Assembly (NCBI GenBank): GCA_038087875.1
Contig: JAXLNO010000043.1
Span: 62,001 to 126,000, forward strand
DNA length: 64,000 nucleotides
DNA from: Malacoraja senta
Lineage: Eukaryota
Reading direction: 5' to 3'
Shown here: positions 52,140-64,000 of the stretch, piece after piece
Position numbering within the stretch: the first letter of the stretch is position 1
Layout of the letters: each line of letters starts with the position of its first letter
Made by a program: the position numbers and the translations under genes
Notes under the pieces: model-generated
What the model was told of the DNA's origin: nothing
Seen by the model: only the letters and a program-made list of their open reading frames with translations
Databases searched by the model: none

Positions 52140-53869
52140 CAGAGATGCTGCCCGTCCCGCTGAGTTACTCCAGCACTTTGTGTCTATCTTCGATTTAAAC
52201 CAGCATCTGCAGTTCTTTCCCACACACGAAATCCAGCCGGTGCCAGGAATGCAACCTATTATCCCCATGTATGGATGGTGTGGGATATATGTACCAAAGC
52301 ACAGAGACAGGGGGGGGAGTTAGTCGGGTAAGTTTAGACATGCAGCGGCTAATCTCAGCAGACTCAAGATGGTGCAGGTGAAGTAACAACACATACACGC
52401 CGGTAGATCCGCGGCCACTGGTTCAGGAGATCGATCCAATTATTGACCAAAAGGCGGTGGGTGGAATCCTACTGTGACAGACAGACTCCACAGTGAGACA
52501 CAGTGTCCACAGAAGCGGGTGTTCACTCTGATCAATAACTCAGACACAGTGCACTTCACAATGTGAACCCCTCTCTCCCAGTCACACCGTCCCGGAGAGC
52601 TGCATGCCTGCCTGTCCCGAGCACTGCGACAACTCTGGGCAAGGTCCCACTGAAGGCAAGAACAACATTCTAGTGGCTCCCGGCCGGCAGCAGTGAGAGA
52701 AAAAGAGGGTTAGTTTGAGCTGTCTGAAAATAAGAAAAAGCACAGCGTTAATTCACAAATATTTCACTGAGAGGATTGATATTCTTCACATATTCTTGTA
52801 CAACGACCATCAGTTGGGAACTTGTAACATGATGAGAATCAGGCCAACACCAGTTAACATACGGATGGAGTTATAAAACTTGAATTGTTCTGCTCACTCA
52901 CTTACCAGGGACTCCAACGGCAGCAATGATCACGTACAGGATTTCTGCACGTCTAAATATTCCCAATATTGCTGCCACATTTCTCTGCCCAGCGACGTGT
53001 CCCCGTGAGCTACCGGTAATGTCTCGTAATGAAATGCTGGGACAGAACATTCCTGGAGATTATATACCATTTTCCGTCTCCACCGGGACAGTGAAGTTTC
53101 AACAGAGTTTAAAAATAGAGATTTAGAAATGATTCGTAAACAGATGACATCAGCCCAGTGAAATCCCTGCTGAGACAGGTTGTGATTTAATCAGGGAATT
53201 GATTGAGAAACTCCAAAGATTTGGAATTGTGGCGATAGATACTGAGGGATGGAAATTGGGAGCGCCGGCATTGTTCCAGCAAAGGGGATATTGTTTCAAA
53301 CTCCATCAGATCCAACTCCCCACCTCATGTTGTTTGTCTGATTTCCTTCAATCCGTTTCACTCAGCAAGGCAATGCCAAATTCCAGGGACCCTCTCAGTG
53401 CTTCTGGTGCCCAGTTTGAAGGTGGACTGGACTGGGCGACCTTTGTCCACAGGTTGAGGAATTAGTTCAACACATCACCTCGGACTAAAATGCCCCCCCT
53501 ACCCCCTCCACTCTGCTTCACCACTCATTATGATCGCGCCTTGACTGACTGACTGCGACCTCAACCCCACAATCCCGGTAACCATTCACACCCCGCTTGC
53601 CTGGAATAGATCTGACTATACCATGGGACAATAACATTCTCTGCCTTCATCGCCTCTGAGGAGGAACGACCCAAGGACTCACGGCACTCATAGAACAGAA
53701 ACGTTGCCGCCTCAAAATTGTCCTAAACCTAAATAGAATGGCGAATGATGCAGCACCTCTCCCTCCTCTCTTTCTCTCTCCCTCCATCCTTACTGATGTC
53801 ACTCTCTCTGAACAGATACTCTCTCTCCTACGCTCTCGATTCCCCCTCTATGGGCTGCCCTCTCTCCGT

Positions 53870-55275
53870 CCACTGATGGAGTGACACACAGTGGGATATT
53901 ACTGATGAGGGATAAAAATTGGGCAGAACTGACGGAGTGACAAATTGTGGTGGTACTGATGGAGGGACACACTGTGGTGGTACTGATGGAGGGACACACT
54001 GTGGTGGTACTGATGGAGGGACACACTGTGGTGGTACTGATGGAGGGACACACTGTGGTGGTACTGATGGAGGGACACACTGTGGTGGTACTGATGGAGG
54101 GACACACTGTGGTGGTACTGATGGAGGGACACACGGGAGCAGCACTGATGGACTGACGCGCTGTGGGGCAGTCCAGATGGACTGACATTCCGTGGGGTTG
54201 TACTGATGGAAGTGATACTGTGGGGCAGCACCATTGGAATGACACAGTGAAATAGTACTGATGGAGTGACACACCGTGGGGTAGTTCTATTGGAATGACT
54301 CACTGTGGGGTTTTCGTGACAGACCATAGACAATAAACAATAGGTGCAGGAGTGGGCCATTTGGCCCTTCGAGCCAGCAACGCCATTCAATGTGATCATG
54401 GCTGATCATCCCAATCAGTACCCCGTTCCTGCCTTCTCCCCATATCCCCTGACTCCGCTATTTTTAAGAGGCCTATCAAATTCTCTTTTGAAAGCATCCA
54501 GAGAACCGGCCTCCACCGCCCTCTGAGGCAGAGAATTCCACACTCACCACTCTCTGTGAGAAAAAGTGTTTCCTCGTCTCCGTTCTAAATGGCTTACCCC
54601 TTATTTTTATACTGTGGCCCCTGGTTCTGGACTCCCCCAACATCGGGAACATGTTTCCGGCCTCTAGCGTGTCCAAGCCCTTAACAATCTTATATGTTTA
54701 AATGAGATAACCTCTCATCCTTCTAAACTCCGGAGTATACAAACCCAGCTGCTCCATTCTCTCAGCATGTGACAGTCCCGCCATCCCGGGAATTAGCCTT
54801 GTATGGATTGACACAGTGCGGCTAGTACTGATGTAATGACACGCTGTGGGGTAGCAGTGTAATAATGACACTTTCTGCTGGAACCTATGGAATGACACAC
54901 TGTGGGGTAGTCCTGATGAAATGACACATTGTGTTGTAGCACTGATAGAGAGACACATACTCATGTAATGATACATTCTAGGGTAGTGCTGATGGAGTGA
55001 CACTCTTTGGGTGGTACTGATGTAGTGACACATTCTATGGTAGTACTGATGGAGGGAAACACTCTGGGGCAGAATTGGTGGAATGACACTGAGGAGTAGT
55101 ATTGATGGAGTGACACTCCGGACAGTACATTTGAAGTGACAAACTGGGTGGTGTAGTATTGATAGAGTAATACACTGTGTGGTAGTGCAGATGGAATTAC
55201 ACACTGTGGGGTAGTATTGATGGAGTGACTCACTGAGGGGGAGCATTGATGGAGTGACACACTGTGGGGTAATAC
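53870..55275. repeat. Mirror minisatellite (27-bp core x7 at ~53940-54135) with CR1 3' end at ~54325-54803
   Basis: Reverse complement of 44490-46055. Confidence 0.9.
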
Positions 55276-57120
55276 TTTTAAAAAAATTAGAAGCCAGTGT
55301 ACAACAATAGAACCAACGGCATATAAAATTATACAGTTATTGTACAACTTCATTTTTAACTTTTTAGCTTTAGTTCGAAGAAATGAAAGGGGAAAAAGCA
55401 AGGGAAAATTGAGATGTGCAAAGATAGGACCCCTAGACTATCAAAGTAGTATAGCCAAAGAGTGAATAAATGAAAGAAATAATAGAGGAATAGAAAATAA
55501 AAAAGGACTAAAAGAGAAAGAAAGAAAAAAGTGTTGGTATATCTGCCTCACATCCCTCCCCTCCCACCTCACCCAACCCGTAATTAGATTTAAATCCAAA
55601 GTTGTGTTGTACCATACTATCCTTGTAATAAATCAACGAATGCTGTCCATGGCTTCGAAAAATGCTCTGGTTTATCTGCCAAGACAAGTCTAATATTTTC
55701 AAGATGAAGCGTCTCGGACATGTTTATAATCCACATCTTAAGAATAGGGATTGATGTATGTTTCCAAAATTTAAGTATTAGTTTTTTCGCCGTTATCAGG
55801 CCATAATGAAGGAAACGTCTTTGAAATAGTGATAGCTCAGAACAGGCTTCTGACGTATCTAGGATGATCAATTCCGTGTCGGGATCCAATTGTATGTTTA
55901 GTGTTTTTGAAAAAAAAAATTCCTCTCTTGAAATTATGTAAAAGATAAAGGAATGGGTTATACTTGCTTCCTGAAGAAGACATTTATCACAAATACGAGA
56001 TACATTTGGAAAGATCGTATTCAGTTTAGACTGAATAATAGAGTCGGTGCAGTATTTTAAATTGGATTAACGAATGCCTAACGTTAATCGTACAATTGCG
56101 TATATATAGAAGGTTTTCCTCCCATCTGTCTTTTAGAATTTTTAGGCCAAGTTCATCTTCCCAAGCTCTTCTAATTACTTCTGATGATGGGATTTCTATA
56201 TTTAAAAGGGTATTATACAAATATGAAATTAATTTGATTGACTGAGTTTCTATTCATACATCTTGGGTATATGATTTCAGATAGTCTCGTATTTGAAGAT
56301 ATCTAAAATATTGGCTGCCTTTCAGGTGATATTTCGACTGTAATCCTTGAAATGAGAGCAGAGTTCCCATCTCATAAAGATCTCCGAATTTTTTGATTCC
56401 AAATCTTTCCCAATGTGTGAACGTTTTGTCTAAAATAGATGGCTTGAACTAAGGATTGTTGGCAATTGGTAAGAGAAGAGATACATTTCTCCGTTTAAGG
56501 GTTGACCACTTGTTTCCAGATTCGCAGGGAACCGTGGACAATCAGATTGTTCTCATATACTGTTTTCTTCAAATTTATTGGAGAGAGATGAATCGCGCCT
56601 ATATTAAAAGACGAACAATCCCCTCTCTCCATTGTTAACCATTTTACATGTTGGCATGTGTTGTCCAACCAATAGATTACGTTTTTTAATATTCGTTGCC
56701 CAATAATAGTATACAAATTGGGGAGAGCCAATCCACCAATTTCTTTGGGTTTACATAGATGTCGTTTATGGATTCTATGTGTTTTATAATCCCAAATAAA
56801 ATTTGTGATCAGAGAATCAAGTTTTTTTTTAATATTTAGGAAGGTATATCGGTATTGATTGCTATAAGTACAGGATTTTTTGGAGGAAGATCATCTTTAT
56901 GACATTTATTCTGGCTATGAGAGACATCGGAAGTGTTTTCCAGAATTGAGTAAGGGCATTTAGTTTAGTAATTAAAGGGGGGGAAATTACTTGAAATAAA
57001 GAAGTGTATTTTCTAGTTACGTGAACTCCAAGATATTTTTTTTTTCCGTAGCAAATCTGAAAGGGGATTTTTGGAGGTGCGTCGACTCTTGAGGTTTTAT
57101 TGACATAATTTCACTTTTGA
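55275..57120 (-). mobile_element. Mirror copy of the older L1-clade fragment
   Basis: ORFs 55617-55889 and 56026-56220 match 43505-44152. Confidence 0.85.
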
Positions 57121-57254
57121 CTGTAGGGTAATAATAATGGAGTGACACACTATGGCGCATTACTGATGGAGTGACATATTGTGGGGTGGTACAAATGTAG
57201 TACTGATGAAGTGATAATATGTATGGTAGCACAAATGGAGTGACACTCTGTAGG

Positions 57255-57600
57255 GTAAATAAACACCAAATGCTGGAGTAAATCAGCGGGACAGGCAGCA
57301 TCACTGGAGAGAAGGAATGGGTGACGTTTCCGGGCGACATCCTTCTTCAGACTGATGTCACAGAAGTGGGCGGGACAGAGATAGAATGTAGTCGGAGACA
57401 GTAAGACTGGTGGGAGAACTGGGAAGGGGAAGAGGATGGAGAAAGATCGAAAGCAAAGCTACTTGAAGTTAGAGAAGCCAATGTTCATACCGCTGGTGTG
57501 TTAGCTACCCAAGCGAAATATGAGCTGCTGTTCCACCAATTCGCGCTGGGCCTCACTCTCACAATGGAGGAGGCCCAGGACACCACGCTCTGTGATTGTC
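57255..57600 (-). mobile_element. Mirror Penelope-like 3' end
   Basis: LHCESEAQRELVEQQLIFRLGS; minus-strand CTGAAGA..GAAACGTC at ~57322-57350. Confidence 0.7.
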
Positions 57601-60036
57601 CTGATGGAATGGCATAGTTTGGTGTAGTGCTGATGGAGCAACACCATGTGGAGTAGTATTGATGGGGTGACACTCTGTGGGTTAGTACTGATGTATGATA
57701 TATTCTGGAGTAGTTCTGATGGAGGGACGCACTTTGTGGTAGTAGTGATTGAGTAACATATTGTGGGATAATACTGCTGGAATGATAACCTGTCAGGTAG
57801 TTCTGATGGTGACACATTGTGGGGATGTTCTGATGGAGTAACAAACAGTGGGGTATAACTGATGGAGTGACACTGTGGAGTAGTGCTGAAGTGGTCACTC
57901 ACTGTGGTGTATTAATGATGGAATTACACACTGTGTAGTAGTACTGATGGAGTTACACACTGTGAAGGGGTCACACACTGTGGGGTATTTCTGATGGAAA
58001 GGCACACTGTGGGTTGGTTCTGATGGTGTGCCAATCTGTGGGGTGGTACTGATGAATCGACCCACTGCGAGGTCGTACTGATCGAGTGACATAATCTGAG
58101 GTAGTACAGACGTAATGGCATTCAGAGGGGGAGTACTGATGGATTGATGCGCTGTGGGGCAGTACTGAATGAGTTACACACTGTGGAATTGTACTGATGG
58201 AGTGACACACTATGAGATGGTAAGGAAGGATTGACACACTGTGAACTAGCACTGATGTACTAACACATTGTGGGGGCAGTACTGATGGAGTGTCATACTG
58301 TGATGTATTACAGTTGTTGTGATACACTGTGGGATAGTACTGATCGAGTGACGCACTGTGTGTAAGTACTGATGTAATGGCATACTGTGGGATAGGACTG
58401 TTGCGGAGACACTGTGGCATAGTACTGATGGACAGACACTGTGTGACAGAGCTGATGGAATGGCACACTGTAGGATGGTACTGATGGAGTGACAAACTTC
58501 GGTGTATTACTGATGGACTGACACACTGTGGGGAAGTACAGATGGAGTGACATACTGGGGAGACTCGCTGATTGAGTGACACAATTTGTGGTAGTACTGA
58601 TGGAGTGACACACTGTGGAGTAGTCCTGATGGAGTGACAAACGTCGGGGTAGTACTGATGATGTGACGCTCTATGGGGCCATACTGGGACCGACACACAG
58701 TGGAGTAGTGCTGATGGATACACTGTAGGGAGGTACTGAAGGAGTGACAATCTGTGGGGTAGTACTTATGAAGTGACCATGTGTATGGCAACTGATGGAG
58801 GGACACTCTGTGGGGTAGCACTGATGGAATGACAATTCTCCGGTGGGACATGGAGTGACACACTGTGGGGTAGCACTGAAGGGGTGTAACATGTGAGGTA
58901 GTTCAGATGGAGTGACACACTGAGGGTTCGTACTGATGAAGTCACACAATCAGTGGAGTAGTGCTTATGGAGTGACACACTGGTGAAGTATTAATGGTGT
59001 GACACGCAGGGGTACTGGTCTGATACGGGGTGGGGTAGTACTGACGGAGTAATACATTATGTGGTAGTACAGATGGAATGACACATTGGGGTGGTAATGA
59101 TGAAGTGACACGCTGAGGGGGAGAAGTAATGGAGGGACACACTGGGGTAGTACTGATGGAGTGACACGCTATGGCGAATGACTGGTGGAGTGACACATTG
59201 TGGGGTGGAACTCATGTAGTGTCACGCTGTGTAGTACTAATGAAGTGATAACATGTATGGTGACACTACTGGAGCGCCACTCTTTAGGGTAGTCATGATG
59301 GAGTGATACTTATCGTTTCACGGATTTCTTTCCTTCCGTCACTATGATTGAAGACACGGGTTCAGGAGATGATCGAGACGCACACGAGCTCTCCACGAGA
59401 CATTCAATGCCGTCGAAAGATACATCTTCCAAACACAGTCTCTTGATTAATAGTTTCTTTATTGTAGTTGTATTAAATATTCATTTAAACTTCTTCTTGT
59501 ATAAATACATTTTGATCTTACTCGTAGTCAAACTCGTGCATGATCTTCCCCCATGCTTCTTCAAACTAAACTAAAACTACTAACGAGTCTGCGCGAGAAT
59601 CCCAGCCGCAAACACGCCTCAGACTACGTATAAATCCCACCCACATAATTACAGGCTGATAAAATATAATGGTTGATTATAGTTATAATATAGTGAGTTG
59701 AGCTAAATGTCTACCACAGTACTGTTGTACTACTATATTGTGGGGTAATACCGATGGAGTAATATACTGGGGATGTACTGATGGATTGGCACAATGTGTG
59801 GTAGCATTGATGGAATGATACACTGTAGGGTAGTACTGCTAAAGTGACAGACGGTGGGATAGTACTGATGGACTGAATCATTGTGGGGTAGTACCGATGG
59901 AGTGATACACTGTGAGATTGTACCGATGGAGTGATCACTGTGGGTTGTACTGGTGGAGTGATACACTGTGGGGCAGTATTGATGGAGTGATACTCTGTGG
60001 GTTTGTACCGATGGAGTGATACACTGTGGGGTTGTG
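57600..60036. repeat. Mirror ~29-bp minisatellite array
   Basis: Reverse complement of 36983-42165, without the L1. Confidence 0.9.
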
Positions 60037-60533
60037 AATGTGCAGGGGTTTGAGTGCTTTGGAAAATGGCAAGTATCTGTGAGGGAATGGGCTTCATTGA
60101 TAATTACATCACTTTGCAAGGTGCTAGAGATCCATGTGACCAAGCTGGCTCCGCTAAGTCTGTAACTCTGAAGAAGCTCCATGGAGATTCTGCCCATGTT
60201 ACCCACCCGTTGCCACTATGTCTGGGTTCCTAAAGAGGTTTCTGGTATGTTTCAGTGCAAAGACGCTGAATGCATGTTTATGATTGGTTAGGGGTGTTTT
60301 ATGTTTCTAATTTGTTTCCGTGTCTTCCCGCGGTTACCTGTGATTGGTCCAGAAGGGTGGCCTGCACCTGGGTGTTATGTGTACTGAACTGTGACTGGGC
60401 AAAGTAGTTACCTCTCCAGGTATGTTCGCTTCGGTATCGGTAATTGGCTTGTAGGGGTTGCCTCCCCCTGAACTTTGGCGCCTTTAGTTTATAGGGGTAT
60501 AAAAGGATGATCTTTCCGTTGGGGCATGTCGGT
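60037..60533 (+). mobile_element. U3-like half of the putative solo LTR
   Basis: Starts aatgtgca; ATTGG boxes; TATAAAA at ~60498-60504; abuts the CR1 tail. Confidence 0.55.
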
Positions 60534-63500
60534 TAGATACATAGATACATAGATACATAGAAAATAGGTGCAGGAGTAGGCCATTCGGCCCTTCGAGCCT
60601 GCACCGCCATTCAATATGATCATGGCTGATCATCCAACTCAGTATCCCGTACCTGCCTTCTCTCCATACCCCCTGACCCCCTTAGCCACAAGGGCCACAT
60701 CTAACTCCCTCTTAAATATAGCCAATGAACTGGCCTCAACTACCCTCTGTGGCAGAGAGTTCCAGAGATTCACCACTCTCTGAGTGAAAACGTTTTTGCT
60801 CATCTCGGTCTTAAATGATTTTCCCCCTTATCCTTAAGCTGTGACCCCTTGTCCTGGACTTCCCCAACATCGGGAACAATCTTCCTGCATCTAGCCTGTC
60901 CAACCCCATAAGAATTTTGTACGTTTCTATAAGATCCCCTCTCAATCTCCTAAATTCTAGCGAGTATAAGCCAAGTCTATCCAGTCTTTCTTCATATGAA
61001 AGTCCTGACTTCCCAGGAATCAGTCTAGTGAACCTTCTCTACACTCCCTCTATGGCTATAATGTCCTTCCTCAGATTTGGAGACCAAAACTGTACGCAAT
61101 ACTCCAGGTGTGGTCTCACCAAGACCCTGTACAACTGCAGTAGAACCTCCCTGCTCCTATACTCAAATCCTCTTGCAATGAAAGCCAACATACCATTCGC
61201 TTTCTTCACTGCATGCTGCACCTGCATGCCTACTTTCAATGACTGGTCTACCATGACACCCAGGTCTCGCTGCATCTCCCCATTTCCTAATCGGCCACCA
61301 TTTAGATAATAGTCTGCCTTCCCGTTTTTGCCACCAAAGTGGATAACCTCACATTTATCCACATTATACTGCATCTGCCAAACATTTGCCCACTCACCCA
61401 GCCTATCCAAGTCACCTTGCAGTCTCCTAGCATCCTCCTCACAGCTAACACTGCCCCCAGCTTAGTGTCATCCGCAAACTTGGAGATGTTGCTTTCAATT
61501 CCCTCATCCAGGTCATTAATATAAATTGTAAATAGCTGGGGTCCCAGCACTGGGCCTTGCGGTACCCCACTAGTCACTGCCTGCCATTGTGAAAACGACC
61601 CGTTTCCTCCTACTCTTTGCTTCCTGTTTGCCAGCCAGTTCTCTATCCACATCAATACTGACCCCCAATACCGTGTGATTTAAATATGTATCCTAATCTC
61701 TTATGTGGTACCTTGTCGAAAGCCTTCTGAAAGTCCAGATACAACACGTCCACTGGTTCTCCCCTATCCACTCTACTCGTTACACCCTCGAAAATGCTAT
61801 AAGATTCGTCAGAGACGATTTACCTTTCGTAAATCCATGCTGACTTTGTCCAATGATTTCACCACTTTCCAAATGTGCTGCTATCCCATCTTTAATAACT
61901 TACTCTAGCAGTTTCCCCACTACCGATGTTAGACTAACTGGTCTGTAATTCCCCGTTTTCTCTCTCCATCCCTTCTTAAAATGTGGGGTTACGTTTTCTA
62001 CCCTCCAATCCGCAGGAACTACTCCAGAATCTAAAGAGTTTTGAAAAATTATCACTAATGCATCCACTATTTCTGGAGCTACTTCCTTAAGTACTCTGGG
62101 ATGCAGCCCATCTGGCCCTGGTGATTTTTCGGCCTTTAATCCATTCAATTTACCCAACACCACTTCCCGACTAACATGGATTTCACTCAGTTCCTCCATC
62201 TCCTTTGACCAGCGGCCCCCTGCTATTTCCGGCAGATTATTTAAGTCTTCCTTAGTGAAGACGGAACCAAAGTAGTTATTCAATTGGTTCGCCATATCCT
62301 TGTTCCCCATGATCAATTCACCTGTTTCTGACTGCAAGGGACCTACATTTGTTTTAACTAATCTCTTTCTCTTCACATATCTACAAAAACTTTAGCAGTC
62401 AGTTTTTATGTTCCCTGCCAGTTTCCTTTCATAATCTATTTTCCCTTTCCTAATTAAGCCCTTTGTGCCCCTCTGCAGGTCTCTCAATTTCTCCCAGTCC
62501 TCTGGTATGCTGCTTTTTCTGGCTAATTTGTACGCATCATCTTTTGCTTTGATACTATCCCTGATTTCCCTTGTTATCCACGGATGCACTACCTTCCCTG
62601 ATTTATTCTGTTGCCAAACTGGGGTGAACAATTTTTGTAGTTCATCCATGCAGTCTTTAAATGCCTTCCATTGCATATCCACCGTCAACCCTTTTAGAAC
62701 TAATTGCCAGTCAATCTTGGCCAATTCACGTCTCATACCCTCAAAGTTACCTTTCTTTAAGTTCAGAACCATTGTTTCTGAATTAACAATGTCACTCTCC
62801 ATCCTAATGAAGAACTCAACCATATTATGGTCACTCTTGCCCAATGGGGCACGCACAACAAGACTGCTAACTAACCCTTCCTCATTACTCAATACCCAGT
62901 CTAGAATAGCCTGCTCTCTCGTTGGTTCCTCTACATATTGGTTTAGATAACTATCCCGCATACATTCCAAGAAATCCTCTTCCTCAACACCCCTGCCAAT
63001 CTGATTCACCTAATCTATATGTAGATTGAAGTCACCATTATAACTGTTTTGCCTTTGTTGCACGCATTTCTAATTTCCTGTTTGATGCCATCCCCAACTT
63101 CACTACTACTGTTAGGTGGCCTGTACACAACACCCACCAGCGATTTCTGCCCCTTAGTGTTTCGCAGCTCTACCCATACCGATTCCACATCCTCCAAGCT
63201 AATGTCCTTTCTTTCCACTGCGTTAATCTCCTTTCTAACCAGCAACGCTACCCCACCTCCTTTTCCTTTCTCTCTATCCCTCCTGAATATTGAATATCCC
63301 TGGATGTTCAGCTCCCAGCCTTGGTCACCCTGGAGCCATGTCTCCGTGATACCAACTATATCATAATCATTAATAGCTATCTGCACGTTCAACTCATCGA
63401 CCTTATTACGAATGCTCCTTGCATTGAGACACAAAGCCTTCAGGCTTGTTTTTACAACGCTCTTACCCCTTTTACAATTATTTTGAAAAGTGGCCCTTTT

Positions 63501-63812
63501 TGATTTTTGCCCTGGATTTGTCTGCCTGCCACTTTTACTTTTCACCTTGCTACCTATTGTTTCCGCCCCCATTTTACACCCCTCTGTTTCTCTGCTCACC
63601 CATTTAAGAACCCCACCACCTCTTCTTCTCTGTTTATTATTGTTTTCTTCTTTTACCCCACATGTTGGGTCTGAGTGCTTTCCTTCTCTGCCTCCTGCCT
63701 CACACACTCTCTAATAGCTTTCTCTATTTGAGTCCCTTCCCCCAACCGTTCTAGTTTAAAGTCTCCCCAGTAGCCTTAGCAAATCTCCCCGCCAGGATAT
63801 TGGTCCCCCCCG
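60534..63812 (-). mobile_element. Chimeric CR1 (5' half from copy A, 3' half from copy B)
   Basis: Diagnostic variants switch from A-type to B-type around 62470-62392. Confidence 0.88.
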
Positions 63813-64000
63813 AGCAGTTTTCCAGGAAGAGTGACGGGAGATTCCCGGTTGCTCCTGTAGTCCGTGACTCAGACCCTCAACACACCAAGGATCCATCAGC
63901 CGAGGCAACTGAACTATCGCCCAATCGCCAGTAAAAAATGTTGAATTTGAAATTAAAAACTTCAGGGAAATCGCAGTAATCTCCGTCCAAGATAAAATGA

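Larger units (their letters stand above)
49790..52980 (-). pseudogene. GPR139-like GPCR copy 2 (exon 1 52980-52906; exon 2 from 50552 to the gap), frameshifted as assembled
   Basis: ATG, donor gtaag (52905-52901) and acceptor ccgcag are intact. There are 1-nt indels at ~52943, ~50306 and ~49965, and TM7 is lost in the gap. Confidence 0.8.
49790..64000 (-). repeat. Right arm of the inverted duplication (extends beyond the window)
   Basis: Mirror order of GPCR, VNTR, CR1 end, L1, Penelope end, satellite, LTR part and CR1. Confidence 0.95.

Overview
Repeat-rich vertebrate genomic DNA. The repeat spectrum (CR1, L2, L1-clade and Rex1/Babar LINEs, HE1-like SINE, Penelope-derived hairpins) and the receptor type suggest a cartilaginous fish such as a skate or ray; this is an inference. 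Two structures dominate. (1) At 5.7-21.8 kb there is a recent ~5.39 kb tandem triplication whose junctions carry a 39-nt inverted templated insert. It sits on an older array of decayed minus-strand exon-like modules of unknown identity. (2) At 27.6-64 kb there is a large inverted duplication around a 200-N assembly gap (49590-49789). Each arm carries a two-exon GPR139/GPR142-like orphan class A GPCR, arranged tail to tail. The left gene is intact (327 aa). The right gene has three 1-nt homopolymer indels and runs into the gap. The two receptors are nearly identical in TM5-ICL3-TM6 but differ strongly in the N-terminus and extracellular loops, as expected for a diversifying sensory or ligand-detecting receptor family. 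Comparing the arms reconstructs a CR1-CR1 recombination deletion, an arm-specific L1 insertion, a split solo LTR and an upstream VNTR. All calls come from reading the sequence; no searches were run, and repeat boundaries are approximate.
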